A stretch of DNA of 26,369 bases, from the IMG/VR virus record IMGVR_UViG_3300012352_000229, positions 1-26,369 of that record; one strand, written 5' to 3'. The notes under the pieces were generated by a model that was not told where the DNA came from, ran no database searches, and saw only the letters and a list, made by a program, of their open reading frames with translations. This document shows, piece by piece, positions 7,889 to 17,285 of the stretch (position 1 is the first letter of the stretch; each line of letters opens with the position of its first letter). The position numbers and the translations under genes are program-made. This stretch comes from a virus (lineage: Duplodnaviria; Caudoviricetes).

Positions 7889-10377
7889 TGCCTTTCCTTC
7901 TTGATGGAAACCCTACAGAATCCGAAATATCGGAAGCAGTCAATTATTTGCTTGCAAACTTTGACAGCAGTGTTTCGTCTGATCCAAACACAGGTCAGGT
8001 TACTGGTCCTACTGGGGAAGTTATTGGCTACCTGTATCAATACATGGCTGTTAAATATGCTGACAGCTTTGATGGTTCGGTAAACTTCAGTAACAGCCCA
8101 ACAAACAGGTTGTATTACGGCGTTAGGAATAGCAGTGATCCTACTGAATCTTCAAACTATGCTGATTATGTTTGGTCTGAAGTAACTGGTGGTTTTGGTC
8201 TTACCAAGTCTCTTTGGTATATCTCTACTGGTGGACGGCAAATTCAATTTGCTGTTTCTGTTTCTGCTCCTGATGTAGGTTGGTTAATTGATCCAGGATC
8301 GTCCATTGATTTGGATGTGGTGACTTCAGGCAATATTCCTGTTATTGCTGAATCATTTGTTCCTTATTTCACACCAAACACCTTGCAAGTACCAAGGACT
8401 GGTGCTCCACTGGCCCCAGTATTTACAAACATTATCCCGGTAATGTATGCAACAGATGCAAGTGCTGTTGTTGCTTTTGTTGATGCTCAAACAGATACTG
8501 CGGTTAACTTTGTAAATAACACTTGGCGTATCGGCAATAGTTCAACTACTGGTTATGGCGATATTTCCAAAACCAACATTACTATTGGTGACCCAACTGA
8601 TGCTGGTGATTATGCTCAATGGCCCAATCCAACAGCGATGTCTGCAAGCCCTGCTTACATTACTGTTCCTGTTCGGTATAAAAACAGTTTAGGTGTTGTT
8701 GCTCAAGCTGGTGTTGCTTCTGTTCAGTTAGTGTTTACTGATCCAGGTGCTACTGGTCCTACTGGTAGTGCAGGTCCTACTGTTGACATCAATGGATACA
8801 CAGCGTTTGTTCAAAATGCAGGAGGAGCATTTACTCCGCCTACTGCAACATTGACTGCTGTAACAACCAACGTTACAGCCCCAACATATAGCTGGACCAT
8901 TTCAGGAGCAAACCCAACTACTGCAAGCACTGCATCTGTTGTTGTCACTCCCACAAGTTCATCTACTGGTGTTTCTGTTTCTTTGACGGTTAACGGCACT
9001 AACTTGTTAGCTCCCATCACAAAGACAATGGAAATGCCTGTTGTCTATGACGGTGCTGCTGGATCTGCTGGTGCTAATGGGGTGATGTCTGCTTTCCCAA
9101 CCATCTACATTTGGACAGGATCGTCAGTTCCTCCTACAAGGCCTTCAACCACATCTACCTACACTTGGTCCACTGGAGCTTATTCAGCGCCTTCTGGGTG
9201 GTATACAGAGGCTCCTAGCAACACTGTCCCCGGCAACTATCTGTGGAGCATCACTGTTCCATTGAATGCTTCTGCAACAACCGTAAGTTCCACGTTGGAT
9301 TGGACAAACGTAGCTTACCCAATTCGGGCTATTGCTTACAACGGGACAAATGGAGCAAATGGAGCAGCAGGTTTGAACGGCACAAGGACTGCAATTCTTG
9401 ATGTCTACCAGTGGTCTGCAACTGCTCCCACACTGTTCCCAACAGGATCGTCCACCTATACCTGGGCGACAGGGCAATTTACTGCTCCTGCTGTTTTGAA
9501 TGGCTGGAGTTTGACTCCTCCTGCCTCTGTTCTTGGCCAAACTTTGTGGATTGCTCGTACTTTGTATGCCGATACAAACACTACAGCAACCTCGTCTGTC
9601 ACATGGAGCGCATCAACTGCTGTTCCTGCTGGAGCATCTGGCTCCAATGGTGCAACTGGTGCAACAGGTGCAAACGGTTCAAGAACAGCGTTTCTTGAGG
9701 TTTATCAGTGGGCTGCAACTGCTCCAACGTTGTTTCCTTCTGGTACATCTACTTACACTTGGGCTGATGGTTCTTTCACTGCCCCATCGACTCCCAATTC
9801 ATGGAGTTTGACTCCTGGCTCGTCTACGCCTGGTTACACCTTGTATGGTTGCTCAGTGCGTTATGCCGACACCAACACAACTGCAACTTCATCTGTTACT
9901 TGGTCAACCAGTACTGCCTACATTGTTGGCGTTGCTGGAAGTAACGGTGCAAACGGTACAAACGGCACAAACGGGACAAATGGTGCTGCTACCTATGTGA
10001 TCACCCGTTCTGCAAATGATAGTTCTGCTCCAACCAACGCAGAAGTCAGTGCTTTGCTTGGACGCAATCCTGTTGCTGGTGACATTTGTACAGTGTCATA
10101 CAACACTGCCAACAATGCTGTTGTTTATAGATACACAACTGCTTGGGCTTTGTTTCAGACGTATATCACTGGTAATTTGATTGTCCAAAACACAATTACC
10201 TCAGACAAACTTAGCGTAAATACATTGTCTGCAATCAGCGCAGACATGGGGCAAATTACTGCTGGAACAATTCGCCTTCCTGCTTCTGGTTCAAGTTACA
10301 TAATAATTGATGGAGCAAATAATAGAATTGATGTTTATGATTCGGGAGTTTTGCGTGTTAGATTAGGAAATCTATAA
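7888..10377 (+). CDS. Tail/baseplate fibre with three ~99-aa repeats, collagen-like linkers and a lambda-J-like C-terminus
   Basis: Repeats of the type YQW.ATAPTLFP.G.STYTW, separated by GxNG triplets. Ends ITSDKLSVNTLSAISADMG...IDVYDSGVLRVRLGNL. Confidence 0.7.
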   Translation: MPFLLDGNPTESEISEAVNYLLANFDSSVSSDPNTGQVTGPTGEVIGYLYQYMAVKYADSFDGSVNFSNSPTNRLYYGVRNSSDPTESSNYADYVWSEVTGGFGLTKSLWYISTGGRQIQFAVSVSAPDVGWLIDPGSSIDLDVVTSGNIPVIAESFVPYFTPNTLQVPRTGAPLAPVFTNIIPVMYATDASAVVAFVDAQTDTAVNFVNNTWRIGNSSTTGYGDISKTNITIGDPTDAGDYAQWPNPTAMSASPAYITVPVRYKNSLGVVAQAGVASVQLVFTDPGATGPTGSAGPTVDINGYTAFVQNAGGAFTPPTATLTAVTTNVTAPTYSWTISGANPTTASTASVVVTPTSSSTGVSVSLTVNGTNLLAPITKTMEMPVVYDGAAGSAGANGVMSAFPTIYIWTGSSVPPTRPSTTSTYTWSTGAYSAPSGWYTEAPSNTVPGNYLWSITVPLNASATTVSSTLDWTNVAYPIRAIAYNGTNGANGAAGLNGTRTAILDVYQWSATAPTLFPTGSSTYTWATGQFTAPAVLNGWSLTPPASVLGQTLWIARTLYADTNTTATSSVTWSASTAVPAGASGSNGATGATGANGSRTAFLEVYQWAATAPTLFPSGTSTYTWADGSFTAPSTPNSWSLTPGSSTPGYTLYGCSVRYADTNTTATSSVTWSTSTAYIVGVAGSNGANGTNGTNGTNGAATYVITRSANDSSAPTNAEVSALLGRNPVAGDICTVSYNTANNAVVYRYTTAWALFQTYITGNLIVQNTITSDKLSVNTLSAISADMGQITAGTIRLPASGSSYIIIDGANNRIDVYDSGVLRVRLGNL
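9076..9985 (+). repeat. Three tandem ~300-bp coding repeats
   Basis: Units start near 9076, 9376 and 9673. Units 2 and 3 share ADTNTTATSSVTWS and ATAPTLFP. Confidence 0.8.
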
Positions 10378-10676
10378 TGTCATTTGGATTTCAAATTTAT
10401 AGCGGAACAACTGGAGCCCTAGTTGAAAGCATTTCATCTGATACTCCTCCTGGGGTATTAATTGAAACATTTACATATACTTGGTCTTTAACTCCATTAG
10501 TTAAATCATATACAAACTTCCCTGGTAAATCTTTGTTTCCAATATTGAACTCTTTAAGTGTTTTTGGAAGTTCAGTTGATATAGCAATTGATAACACAAA
10601 TAAAACAATAACAATAACCGGAACTGGGACACTAACAGGCCGCAATAATGCAATTATTGTTGTGCTAGGCATTTAA
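10377..10676 (+). CDS. Small tail-tip accessory protein (AT-rich)
   Basis: MSFGFQIY... start typical of genes after J-like proteins. TAATG overlap with the upstream stop. Confidence 0.6.
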   Translation: MSFGFQIYSGTTGALVESISSDTPPGVLIETFTYTWSLTPLVKSYTNFPGKSLFPILNSLSVFGSSVDIAIDNTNKTITITGTGTLTGRNNAIIVVLGI

Positions 10677-10686
10677 AGAGACAAGT

Positions 10687-11388
10687 ATGACATTTGGTTT
10701 AAACATATTGTCTTCTTCAGGCGACATAGCTTTTAGTACAGAAAACAGAAGCTACAGCTTTTCCACTCGCCTTACTCTTTTTTCCACAACTATTGGGACA
10801 ACTGAAGTTTACCGAACAACAGTATCTAGCCCGTTTGGGATGCCATTGCTTTTTTATGTTCCAACATCTCCAGGTATTGGATACAGCGGTGCAAACATTA
10901 CATCAGTTTCTGGCTCGGATTACACTTTTTCTATTTATACAAGTGATACACAAACTCCATCAATAACTCCATTGCAAGTTTATGTATTTCTTCCGCAAAG
11001 TACTACAGCAACTGGATATGGTTTAAATGTATATGATAATTCTGGAAATGTAACATTTAGCACAGGCACTCGCACTTTAAAAATTCAAGCGTATTACATT
11101 ACGCAAACATCAAACGCTTATCCAACTCCTCCATCTTTACCATTAACATTTGGGTCTATACCATCTCAATATGCAATATGTAGCGCATCTTTTGGTGGTC
11201 AAGCTCAAGCAATAAGTCCAGCCATTGGAACAAGGCTTTGGATGATGGGAGCCAGGATAACAACAGGTGGAGTTATGGAGTTTGGAAGGGTATTGATCGC
11301 AGGTGGCGTATCAAACCCATTGTTTAACTATACATTTATGGTTGGCCGTCAATATGTTCCTATTATTGACAAATCATTGTACGATTGA
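10687..11388 (+). CDS. Putative receptor-binding/tail-tip protein (AT-rich)
   Basis: Duplicated motif MTFGLNILSSSGDIAFST / GYGLNVYDNSGNVTFST, characteristic of proteins encoded downstream of J-like genes. Confidence 0.6.
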   Translation: MTFGLNILSSSGDIAFSTENRSYSFSTRLTLFSTTIGTTEVYRTTVSSPFGMPLLFYVPTSPGIGYSGANITSVSGSDYTFSIYTSDTQTPSITPLQVYVFLPQSTTATGYGLNVYDNSGNVTFSTGTRTLKIQAYYITQTSNAYPTPPSLPLTFGSIPSQYAICSASFGGQAQAISPAIGTRLWMMGARITTGGVMEFGRVLIAGGVSNPLFNYTFMVGRQYVPIIDKSLYD

Positions 11389-11409
11389 CAAAAATATAAA
11401 GGATAAATC

Positions 11410-11742
11410 ATGGGCTCTCCAATCTCTCAAGTAGCATCGTCTACCCAACCTCAAGGCAAAGGAGCTTCTCAGCCTCCTAACTTTGCACAGCCAGCAGGTC
11501 CTCAACAGCAAATTGATTCTCCAGTTACTGGCTTGAATAATCAGCCAAGTAATGGTCAAAGTTTCAATCAAACAATAGGCAAGGGTGGCGCAAAGTCTGT
11601 ACAGCCAACCACTACAAACTCTGCCACTTCTGGACAGCCACAATTGGGCCGAGCAAATAACTATTCCAATACTGTTGGACAGTGGGATAATGCGTCTATT
11701 CAACCTCGCCAGACACAATCTGGGAAAGGCAAAGGGTACTAA
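11410..11742 (+). CDS. Low-complexity Q/S/G/P protein, putative internal virion protein
   Basis: AAGGA RBS. 110 aa, probably disordered, with repeated GKG motifs. Confidence 0.55.
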   Translation: MGSPISQVASSTQPQGKGASQPPNFAQPAGPQQQIDSPVTGLNNQPSNGQSFNQTIGKGGAKSVQPTTTNSATSGQPQLGRANNYSNTVGQWDNASIQPRQTQSGKGKGY

Positions 11743-11744
11743 TC

Positions 11745-12449
11745 ATGGGTGGCGGAAAAGGTTCTAGTTCAACTCAGGTGCAGATGACACCTGAACAGCA
11801 GCGTGTTCTTGGCATTCAAGCTAATGCTCTTGAACAAACGTTTATGCCAGCCTATCGAAAGACAATTGGCATGGCTGAAGATGCTTTTAGTAGAACATCT
11901 CCTGCTGCTACTACTGCTGCTCAAACAGCGATGGATGTGTCAGGTCGTGCTGGTGCTCTTCAAGAGGCCTCTGGTGCTCTTGGTTTGACAACTGGTATGT
12001 CTGGCCTTGCCTCCTTGTTTGACCCTCAATACGAGCAACAGCAAGTTGATGCTGCTTTGCAAGCTGGTCGTGAATCAGGTCGGGAAGAGATGAATCAGCA
12101 AGTTGCTGGTTATGGTGCTGCTGGTGGTTTGGGTTCTGCTCGTCAGGCTTTGGCTTCTAAAAACTTGGCATCATTGCAAGAACAACGTCAAGCTACTGCT
12201 GCTGCTACTGCTCGTGCTGGTGTCCAGGCAAACAAAGCTGCTGCTGCCAAAGAGCTGATGACTGGTGGTCAGGTTCAACTTACTGCTGCTCAACAAGCTG
12301 CTGCTGGTCGTGTTGGTTTAGCTCAGACACCTCAAGACATCTTGGCTAAGTATGCTTCTGTTGTGTACGGTACGCCACAAGGGTCTACCACTCCAAACTT
12401 TGCTGGCACACAAGGTCAGAGGGCATCCAGCAAGGGCTTTGGCTTCTAA
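11745..12449 (+). CDS. Putative DNA ejection (internal virion) protein
   Basis: MGGGKGSSSTQ start, A/Q/G-rich helical body, ends GFGF. Position matches podophage ejection genes. Confidence 0.65.
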   Translation: MGGGKGSSSTQVQMTPEQQRVLGIQANALEQTFMPAYRKTIGMAEDAFSRTSPAATTAAQTAMDVSGRAGALQEASGALGLTTGMSGLASLFDPQYEQQQVDAALQAGRESGREEMNQQVAGYGAAGGLGSARQALASKNLASLQEQRQATAAATARAGVQANKAAAAKELMTGGQVQLTAAQQAAAGRVGLAQTPQDILAKYASVVYGTPQGSTTPNFAGTQGQRASSKGFGF

Positions 12450-12458
12450 GGAATCATC

Positions 12459-12986
12459 ATGGCAGATACACCTTTCGGTCTTAGCTTTGGCAACCCCAGT
12501 AAATACATGGGGCAAAGTCCTCTTGCTGAAGTTGGTAAGGCAATCAAGACTGGCCTTATTGGTTATGGCATTCAGAAGTCTGGCCTAGAGGATTGGCTTA
12601 ATGAAAAAGGCATGAACAAAAACAAGCAAGGTGGTTATGAATATAAAACTCCTGCTGGCGCTATTCCTCCTGCTGTAAAAGCATCTGCACCAGTGGCTCC
12701 TCCTGCTCAAGTTCAATCAATGGTTCCTGTGGCTCCTAGTGCTGTTCCTGCAGAAGTTCCACCGCAACCTCAAGTTGATTTCGGACCACCATCTGATATT
12801 GGTGACAGAATTCTGAATGACAATTGGCATGAACCAATTTCTGATCTGACAAACAAAACAGATTTCAATCCAGTTGCTCAACAAACTGGTTACAACCAGA
12901 TGCTGAACACTGGTAATGAGTATCAGCAAATGCCTGGTTACGGCAAGTTGCAAAAAACAATCCAGACAATGTTTGGGATGGGATAA
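12459..12986 (+). CDS. Putative internal virion protein, Pro-rich
   Basis: AAGGA RBS. Lies within the ejection-gene cluster. Confidence 0.5.
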   Translation: MADTPFGLSFGNPSKYMGQSPLAEVGKAIKTGLIGYGIQKSGLEDWLNEKGMNKNKQGGYEYKTPAGAIPPAVKASAPVAPPAQVQSMVPVAPSAVPAEVPPQPQVDFGPPSDIGDRILNDNWHEPISDLTNKTDFNPVAQQTGYNQMLNTGNEYQQMPGYGKLQKTIQTMFGMG

Positions 12987-12995
12987 GGAAACATC

Positions 12996-14516
12996 ATGGC
13001 AGATCCAACAATGACTGACGGCTTGTCACAAAATCCCAATGCAGTAGCTGATACAGCCATTGCAAATCGTGATGTTGGCGCTTTGACTCAAATTGCCAAA
13101 GACAACATTGGCACACCAGCATCTGATGTTGCTTTGCGTCTTGCCAAAACCATTCAGGAAAACAGCTCTAAATTTAATCAGATGGTTGCCCCTATTGAGA
13201 AGGCAGGTGGTCCTGCTACTCCTGATGGGCGCATTCAGATTGCCAGCACATTTGAAAGTGTTGCCGACAAACCTCAGTGGGGTACAGCCCTGTTGAAGTA
13301 TGTGATGGGTGACAAAATTGGTGCTGTCAAACAGATTACTGGTGGTGACATTACCAAGAAAGTCACTTACGATAACAACGGCAATCAAATCCTTGAAACT
13401 CACAATGCTCTAGGTGAGCCTCTTTCCTACTTTGATCGCAAATTAAATCGTCCTATTAGCCAGCAAGAATATGCTGAAAGGGTTGGTGGTATTTCTTCTT
13501 GGGAAAACACTCTTAAGGGACAAACCGAAAAGAAGGTTCGTGAAGAGAGTGCTGGGCTGATGGTTAAAGAAGAGAATCAAGCCAATAACTGGTATCAGTT
13601 GTTGACATCTCATCGCCCATTGCTTGAGTCCAACTACAACGATTTGAAGACATTTAAGTCTGATATTGACCCCAAGTTGTACAACCAGATTGTTGGCGCT
13701 GTTAGCCAATCTATGGGGCAAGCAAATGCCAAGTCCAACAACAAGAGTTCTTTGAACCAGTTGCAGGATGCTTTGACAAGGGGTGAATCTGTCAAAGTTG
13801 ATGAGCGTTTGATTTCTTCTTTGCGTCTTAATCCTAAGCTCCTTGGTACAACCTTGGAGGTCAAAGGCGACCAACTGGTTAGCAAAGACAACAGCTTTAG
13901 CGTAAACGCAAACAAGCTTAAGCAACTGCAAGAAACCGACAACATCAGTTCTGAATCTACAAAGAATGCTTCTAGCACCATGTCTAGCATTGCTGAAGCA
14001 GAACGTCTTGGAAAACTCAATCCTGTGCAAGCTCAACGTTTGCGTCGGGTAATTGAGACTAGCCAGCAAATGGGCCGTGAGTTGGTTGATGCCACAGAAA
14101 AGTTTGGCAAGCCTTCTATTGTTTCTTTGCCAACATCTTCTACATTTGTTGATAAGCAAGCACAGACACTTGCTCAGACCCTGCAAAGCTTGCAAAACGC
14201 TGATCAGATGGCTGAGTACATCAAGTACCGCAATAATGCTATGGAAGGCCATAAGCAAACCAATACTGTGCCTTTGCCAGGTCAGATTGGTACTGGCTTT
14301 ACCATGCAGCCTTTGTCAAAAGAGATTCGCAGTTTCTATGCTAACGAAATCAACAAAGTAATGGGTGATGAGTACACAGCAAGAAAAGCTCCTAGAGACA
14401 CAAAGATTGATGTGAAATTCCCTCAATCTACTCCTGAGGCTCGTCCTGCTGGACCTGTTGCTCCTCCTAAATCAAAGCCTTCTTTGGCTGAACTTAGAAA
14501 ACAAGCTGGGGGTTAA
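12996..14516 (+). CDS. Putative large ejection protein
   Basis: 506 aa, helical and Q/K/S-rich. AAGGA RBS. Position in the cluster fits. Confidence 0.55.
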   Translation: MADPTMTDGLSQNPNAVADTAIANRDVGALTQIAKDNIGTPASDVALRLAKTIQENSSKFNQMVAPIEKAGGPATPDGRIQIASTFESVADKPQWGTALLKYVMGDKIGAVKQITGGDITKKVTYDNNGNQILETHNALGEPLSYFDRKLNRPISQQEYAERVGGISSWENTLKGQTEKKVREESAGLMVKEENQANNWYQLLTSHRPLLESNYNDLKTFKSDIDPKLYNQIVGAVSQSMGQANAKSNNKSSLNQLQDALTRGESVKVDERLISSLRLNPKLLGTTLEVKGDQLVSKDNSFSVNANKLKQLQETDNISSESTKNASSTMSSIAEAERLGKLNPVQAQRLRRVIETSQQMGRELVDATEKFGKPSIVSLPTSSTFVDKQAQTLAQTLQSLQNADQMAEYIKYRNNAMEGHKQTNTVPLPGQIGTGFTMQPLSKEIRSFYANEINKVMGDEYTARKAPRDTKIDVKFPQSTPEARPAGPVAPPKSKPSLAELRKQAGG

Positions 14517-15967
14517 TGATGGCATTTGATGAAGCAAAATTTCGCGCTAGTGCAAAAGCTGCTGGTTATTCTGATGCGGACATTGATGCTGAACTGAAGG
14601 GTTCTCCTACTGGTTCTGCTCCTGCTCCTAGCATGGATGATCAGTTTGCCGAGAGAGAGCGCAAGCTGCGTGAAGAGTACGACAAGAAAGTAAAGCAAGC
14701 CACAACATCTGAAGTTACTGTTGGCGACCGTACTTTTGAGATTCCAAGTTTCTTCACTAGCACTGCTGGTTTGGTTACTGGCACTGGTGCTGTTATTGGT
14801 GCTGGTACTGCTTTGTATGGTGCAAGCAAAGTAGCTCCCGCCGTTTATCAAGCAGTAAAAAACCGTTGGATTAACAAGGTTCCCGAGATTGATCGGACCA
14901 TTGATATTCCAATGGATGCAACGCCTGTTGCTCCTGTTGCAACCCAAGCAACTACTGAGCTTGCCAAACCTGCTGCTCCTGCTGTACCAGACCGTCTGCA
15001 AAGAGCTGCCGAGATTATTGAAGCCAACCGCCAAGCAGGTATTGGTGGTCAGCCAATGGCCCCTGTAGCACCCGTAGAAGCCGCTCCTATGGCTCCTGTT
15101 GCACCAGTAACTCCTACTGCACCAGTGGCTCCTGTTGAAGCTCCTATCTCCACTCCTTTGTCTTCTGCTCCTGTTGATGCTCCTGCTCCAACGCCAAGTG
15201 CAAAACCAGGATCTGTTGTTACAGAAGTTGTTGTTGATGAGATCAAGAACTTGATGCAGGATGCTGACAAGCCTGTTGCTCCTCCCGGTGAGTTGCGTAC
15301 AGGTACAGGCAAGGTTGCATTCCCTGGTACAGGCCCAGAAGCACCTATCTCCAAGCGTACTGGACAGCCTCAATTCAAGCCTGAGTATGCAAGCATGGCA
15401 GATGTTCCTAAGGGCTATGCTGTTGTTCCTGATGCCCAATATATTGATGCTTTGCGTCAAGACCTTGGTCAACTTGAATACACCAAAGCCTTTACTGGCC
15501 GTGACTTCCCCACTGATTACGAAAAAGCCATTGCCACTGGCAAAGACATCAACCGTTCTTTGGGTCGTGCAACAAGGGAAGAAGCTAAAGCTGCTGGTTT
15601 GCCTTATGGGGAAATTACTCCTGGCATTGCTCAGAAAACAACTTCCGGCAAGAAGCTGGTCACTGTAGGTGGCAAAGCAGGTATTGCAGGTGCTTTGGTA
15701 TCTTTGGCTGATCTTGCAAAAGCAGAGACTGCTGCTCAACGAGGCATGGCAGGGGCTAACTTGCTTGAGGCTGTCCTACCCCCTAGCATGATGATTGGTG
15801 GTGCTGGTGAGGGTTCTAGTGCTGTTCCTAGCGTTGATGCAGCCATGTTGTTGGGTAGCCCTTATGCCCAAACAGAGATTGCCAAGAAGCGTAGACAGCA
15901 AGAAGAATATACTCGCAAGGTCGGTGCTGGTCGTGGCATCGCTCCTCCATCTGCTTACATGAGATAA
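14516..15967 (+). CDS. Putative large ejection protein with PVAP repeats
   Basis: MAFDEAKFRASAKAAGYSDADIDAEL start, a Gly-rich hydrophobic segment and an Ala/Pro linker. Confidence 0.55.
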   Translation: MMAFDEAKFRASAKAAGYSDADIDAELKGSPTGSAPAPSMDDQFAERERKLREEYDKKVKQATTSEVTVGDRTFEIPSFFTSTAGLVTGTGAVIGAGTALYGASKVAPAVYQAVKNRWINKVPEIDRTIDIPMDATPVAPVATQATTELAKPAAPAVPDRLQRAAEIIEANRQAGIGGQPMAPVAPVEAAPMAPVAPVTPTAPVAPVEAPISTPLSSAPVDAPAPTPSAKPGSVVTEVVVDEIKNLMQDADKPVAPPGELRTGTGKVAFPGTGPEAPISKRTGQPQFKPEYASMADVPKGYAVVPDAQYIDALRQDLGQLEYTKAFTGRDFPTDYEKAIATGKDINRSLGRATREEAKAAGLPYGEITPGIAQKTTSGKKLVTVGGKAGIAGALVSLADLAKAETAAQRGMAGANLLEAVLPPSMMIGGAGEGSSAVPSVDAAMLLGSPYAQTEIAKKRRQQEEYTRKVGAGRGIAPPSAYMR

Positions 15968-15970
15968 ATC

Positions 15971-16204
15971 ATGGAAAAAGAAGTATCACACGCAGAAATA
16001 TATGCTCGACTTATCTTGGTTGAGGAAAAAGTAGATCGCATTGACCAAAATACACAAGGTGTAGTGAAGGCTTTTGAAGCTGCATCTGGTGCTTTCTTGG
16101 TTCTTGAAATGCTTGGGAAAATTGCAAAGCCTGTACTTTTTGTTGGTGGATTATTTATTGCTGCTGGAGTTTGGTGGCAATCGGTAAAAGATCACCTGAA
16201 ATGA
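15971..16204 (+). CDS. Holin/antiholin-like small membrane protein
   Basis: N-terminal coiled coil and a single C-terminal hydrophobic segment. First gene of the lysis cluster. Confidence 0.5.
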   Translation: MEKEVSHAEIYARLILVEEKVDRIDQNTQGVVKAFEAASGAFLVLEMLGKIAKPVLFVGGLFIAAGVWWQSVKDHLK

Positions 16205-16299
16205 AAGACTTTGCCGAGGCTTTTGTCGCGGCAGTCTTCATTGTCGGTATCGTCATCTGGACAGCCAAAGTATTGGTTGAGTTGTTATGGACCCGTTAA
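16201..16299 (+). CDS. 32-aa single-TM peptide (not in ORF track)
   Basis: MKDFAEAFVAAVFIVGIVIWTAKVLVELLWTR*. ATGA overlap with the previous stop; fills the gap between genes. Confidence 0.6.
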   Translation: MKDFAEAFVAAVFIVGIVIWTAKVLVELLWTR

Positions 16300-16778
16300 C
16301 CGCATTAGCTGCTGTATCTGCTGCTGTAAACCTGGTCAAGAAGGCCGCCAAGACTGTTGATGATGTCCGCAGCTTGGGGCCTGTATTGGGCAAATACTTT
16401 GATGCCAAGGCTGATGCTGTCAAAGTCCTAGATGAGGTCCATAAAGGGGGTTTTAAGGGCTCCAACATGGGTAAAGCTGTCGAGCTTGAGTTAGCCCTTG
16501 CTGATGCTCGAAACTTTGAAGAACAAGTTAAGCAGTTGTTCTTTCCCCATAACATGGACATTTGGGAAAAAATTGTTGCTCGTCGCAAACAGATGGATGA
16601 GGACGATAAGGCTCAACGCAGAAGAGCTGCTGATGCTGCTATACAAGCTCGTAAAAAGCGCAAAGAAAATTTTGAACTCTGGACCGCTATTACGTTAGCA
16701 ACGATTGTCCTTGTTGTGCTCCTGTGGATTGGTGTTGAACTTCTCTACTATTGCAAAGAGGTCAAGTGTGGAAAGTAA
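16287..16778 (+). CDS. Coiled-coil protein with C-terminal TM helix, lysis region
   Basis: MDPLTALAAVSAAV..., a charged coiled coil, then LWTAITLATIVLVVLLWIGV. Confidence 0.6.
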   Translation: MDPLTALAAVSAAVNLVKKAAKTVDDVRSLGPVLGKYFDAKADAVKVLDEVHKGGFKGSNMGKAVELELALADARNFEEQVKQLFFPHNMDIWEKIVARRKQMDEDDKAQRRRAADAAIQARKKRKENFELWTAITLATIVLVVLLWIGVELLYYCKEVKCGK

Positions 16779-16787
16779 GGAGTAAAC

Positions 16788-17285
16788 ATGAACGATATTC
16801 TTGCAGGGCTTTTGAAAAACATTGCCCCTGGTCTTGCAACCGTTGTTGCTGGTCCTCTTGGTGGTGTTGCAGTAAAAGCCATTGCTGAAAAACTTGGTGT
16901 GGCTGACACTGTTGAAGCTGTAACAAGTGCTATTCAATCCGATCCAGATGCAGCATTAAAGCTTGCTGAAATTGACCTTAAGCAGTTTGAGCTTGAGTCC
17001 AAAGATCGTGACAGCGCCCGTGAGCGTGAGGTTGGATTAGCTGCTGCTGGTGGCTCAAAGTTTGCACAGCTTGTGATGCCTATCCTGGCTGTTGGCACTG
17101 TTTCTTTGACCTACCTGTTTGTTGGTGTTTTGCTGTTCAAGATTGTTCCAACTGAACAACAGCAACTCATCATTTTTGCTCTTGGTTTTATGACTGCAAG
17201 TGCTCAACAGGTGCTGTCGTATTATTTTGGCTCTTCTAAATCTTCTCAGGACAAAACCGTTGCTTTAACAAAAGGCGCTAAATGA
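16788..17285 (+). CDS. Putative holin (3TM-holin-like)
   Basis: APGLATVVAGPLGG...DRDSARERE..., two TM segments and a YYFGSS motif. Directly upstream of the endolysin. Confidence 0.7.
   Translation: MNDILAGLLKNIAPGLATVVAGPLGGVAVKAIAEKLGVADTVEAVTSAIQSDPDAALKLAEIDLKQFELESKDRDSAREREVGLAAAGGSKFAQLVMPILAVGTVSLTYLFVGVLLFKIVPTEQQQLIIFALGFMTASAQQVLSYYFGSSKSSQDKTVALTKGAK

Noticed and set aside
9076-9985. DGR template/variable repeat pair
   Set aside because: The differences are not adenine-specific, all copies are in-frame domains, and there is no reverse transcriptase in the window.
11365-11400. Two TTGACA hexamers as a sigma70 promoter
   Set aside because: Neither has a convincing -10 at 16-18 nt spacing.
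15040-15200. GCTCCTGT-type short repeats
   Set aside because: Explained by the PVAP low-complexity protein linker.
13443-15739. Long minus-strand ORFs (271 aa and 408 aa)
   Set aside because: They are antisense shadows of strongly codon-biased plus-strand genes, with no RBS and S/R/C-rich non-protein-like composition.
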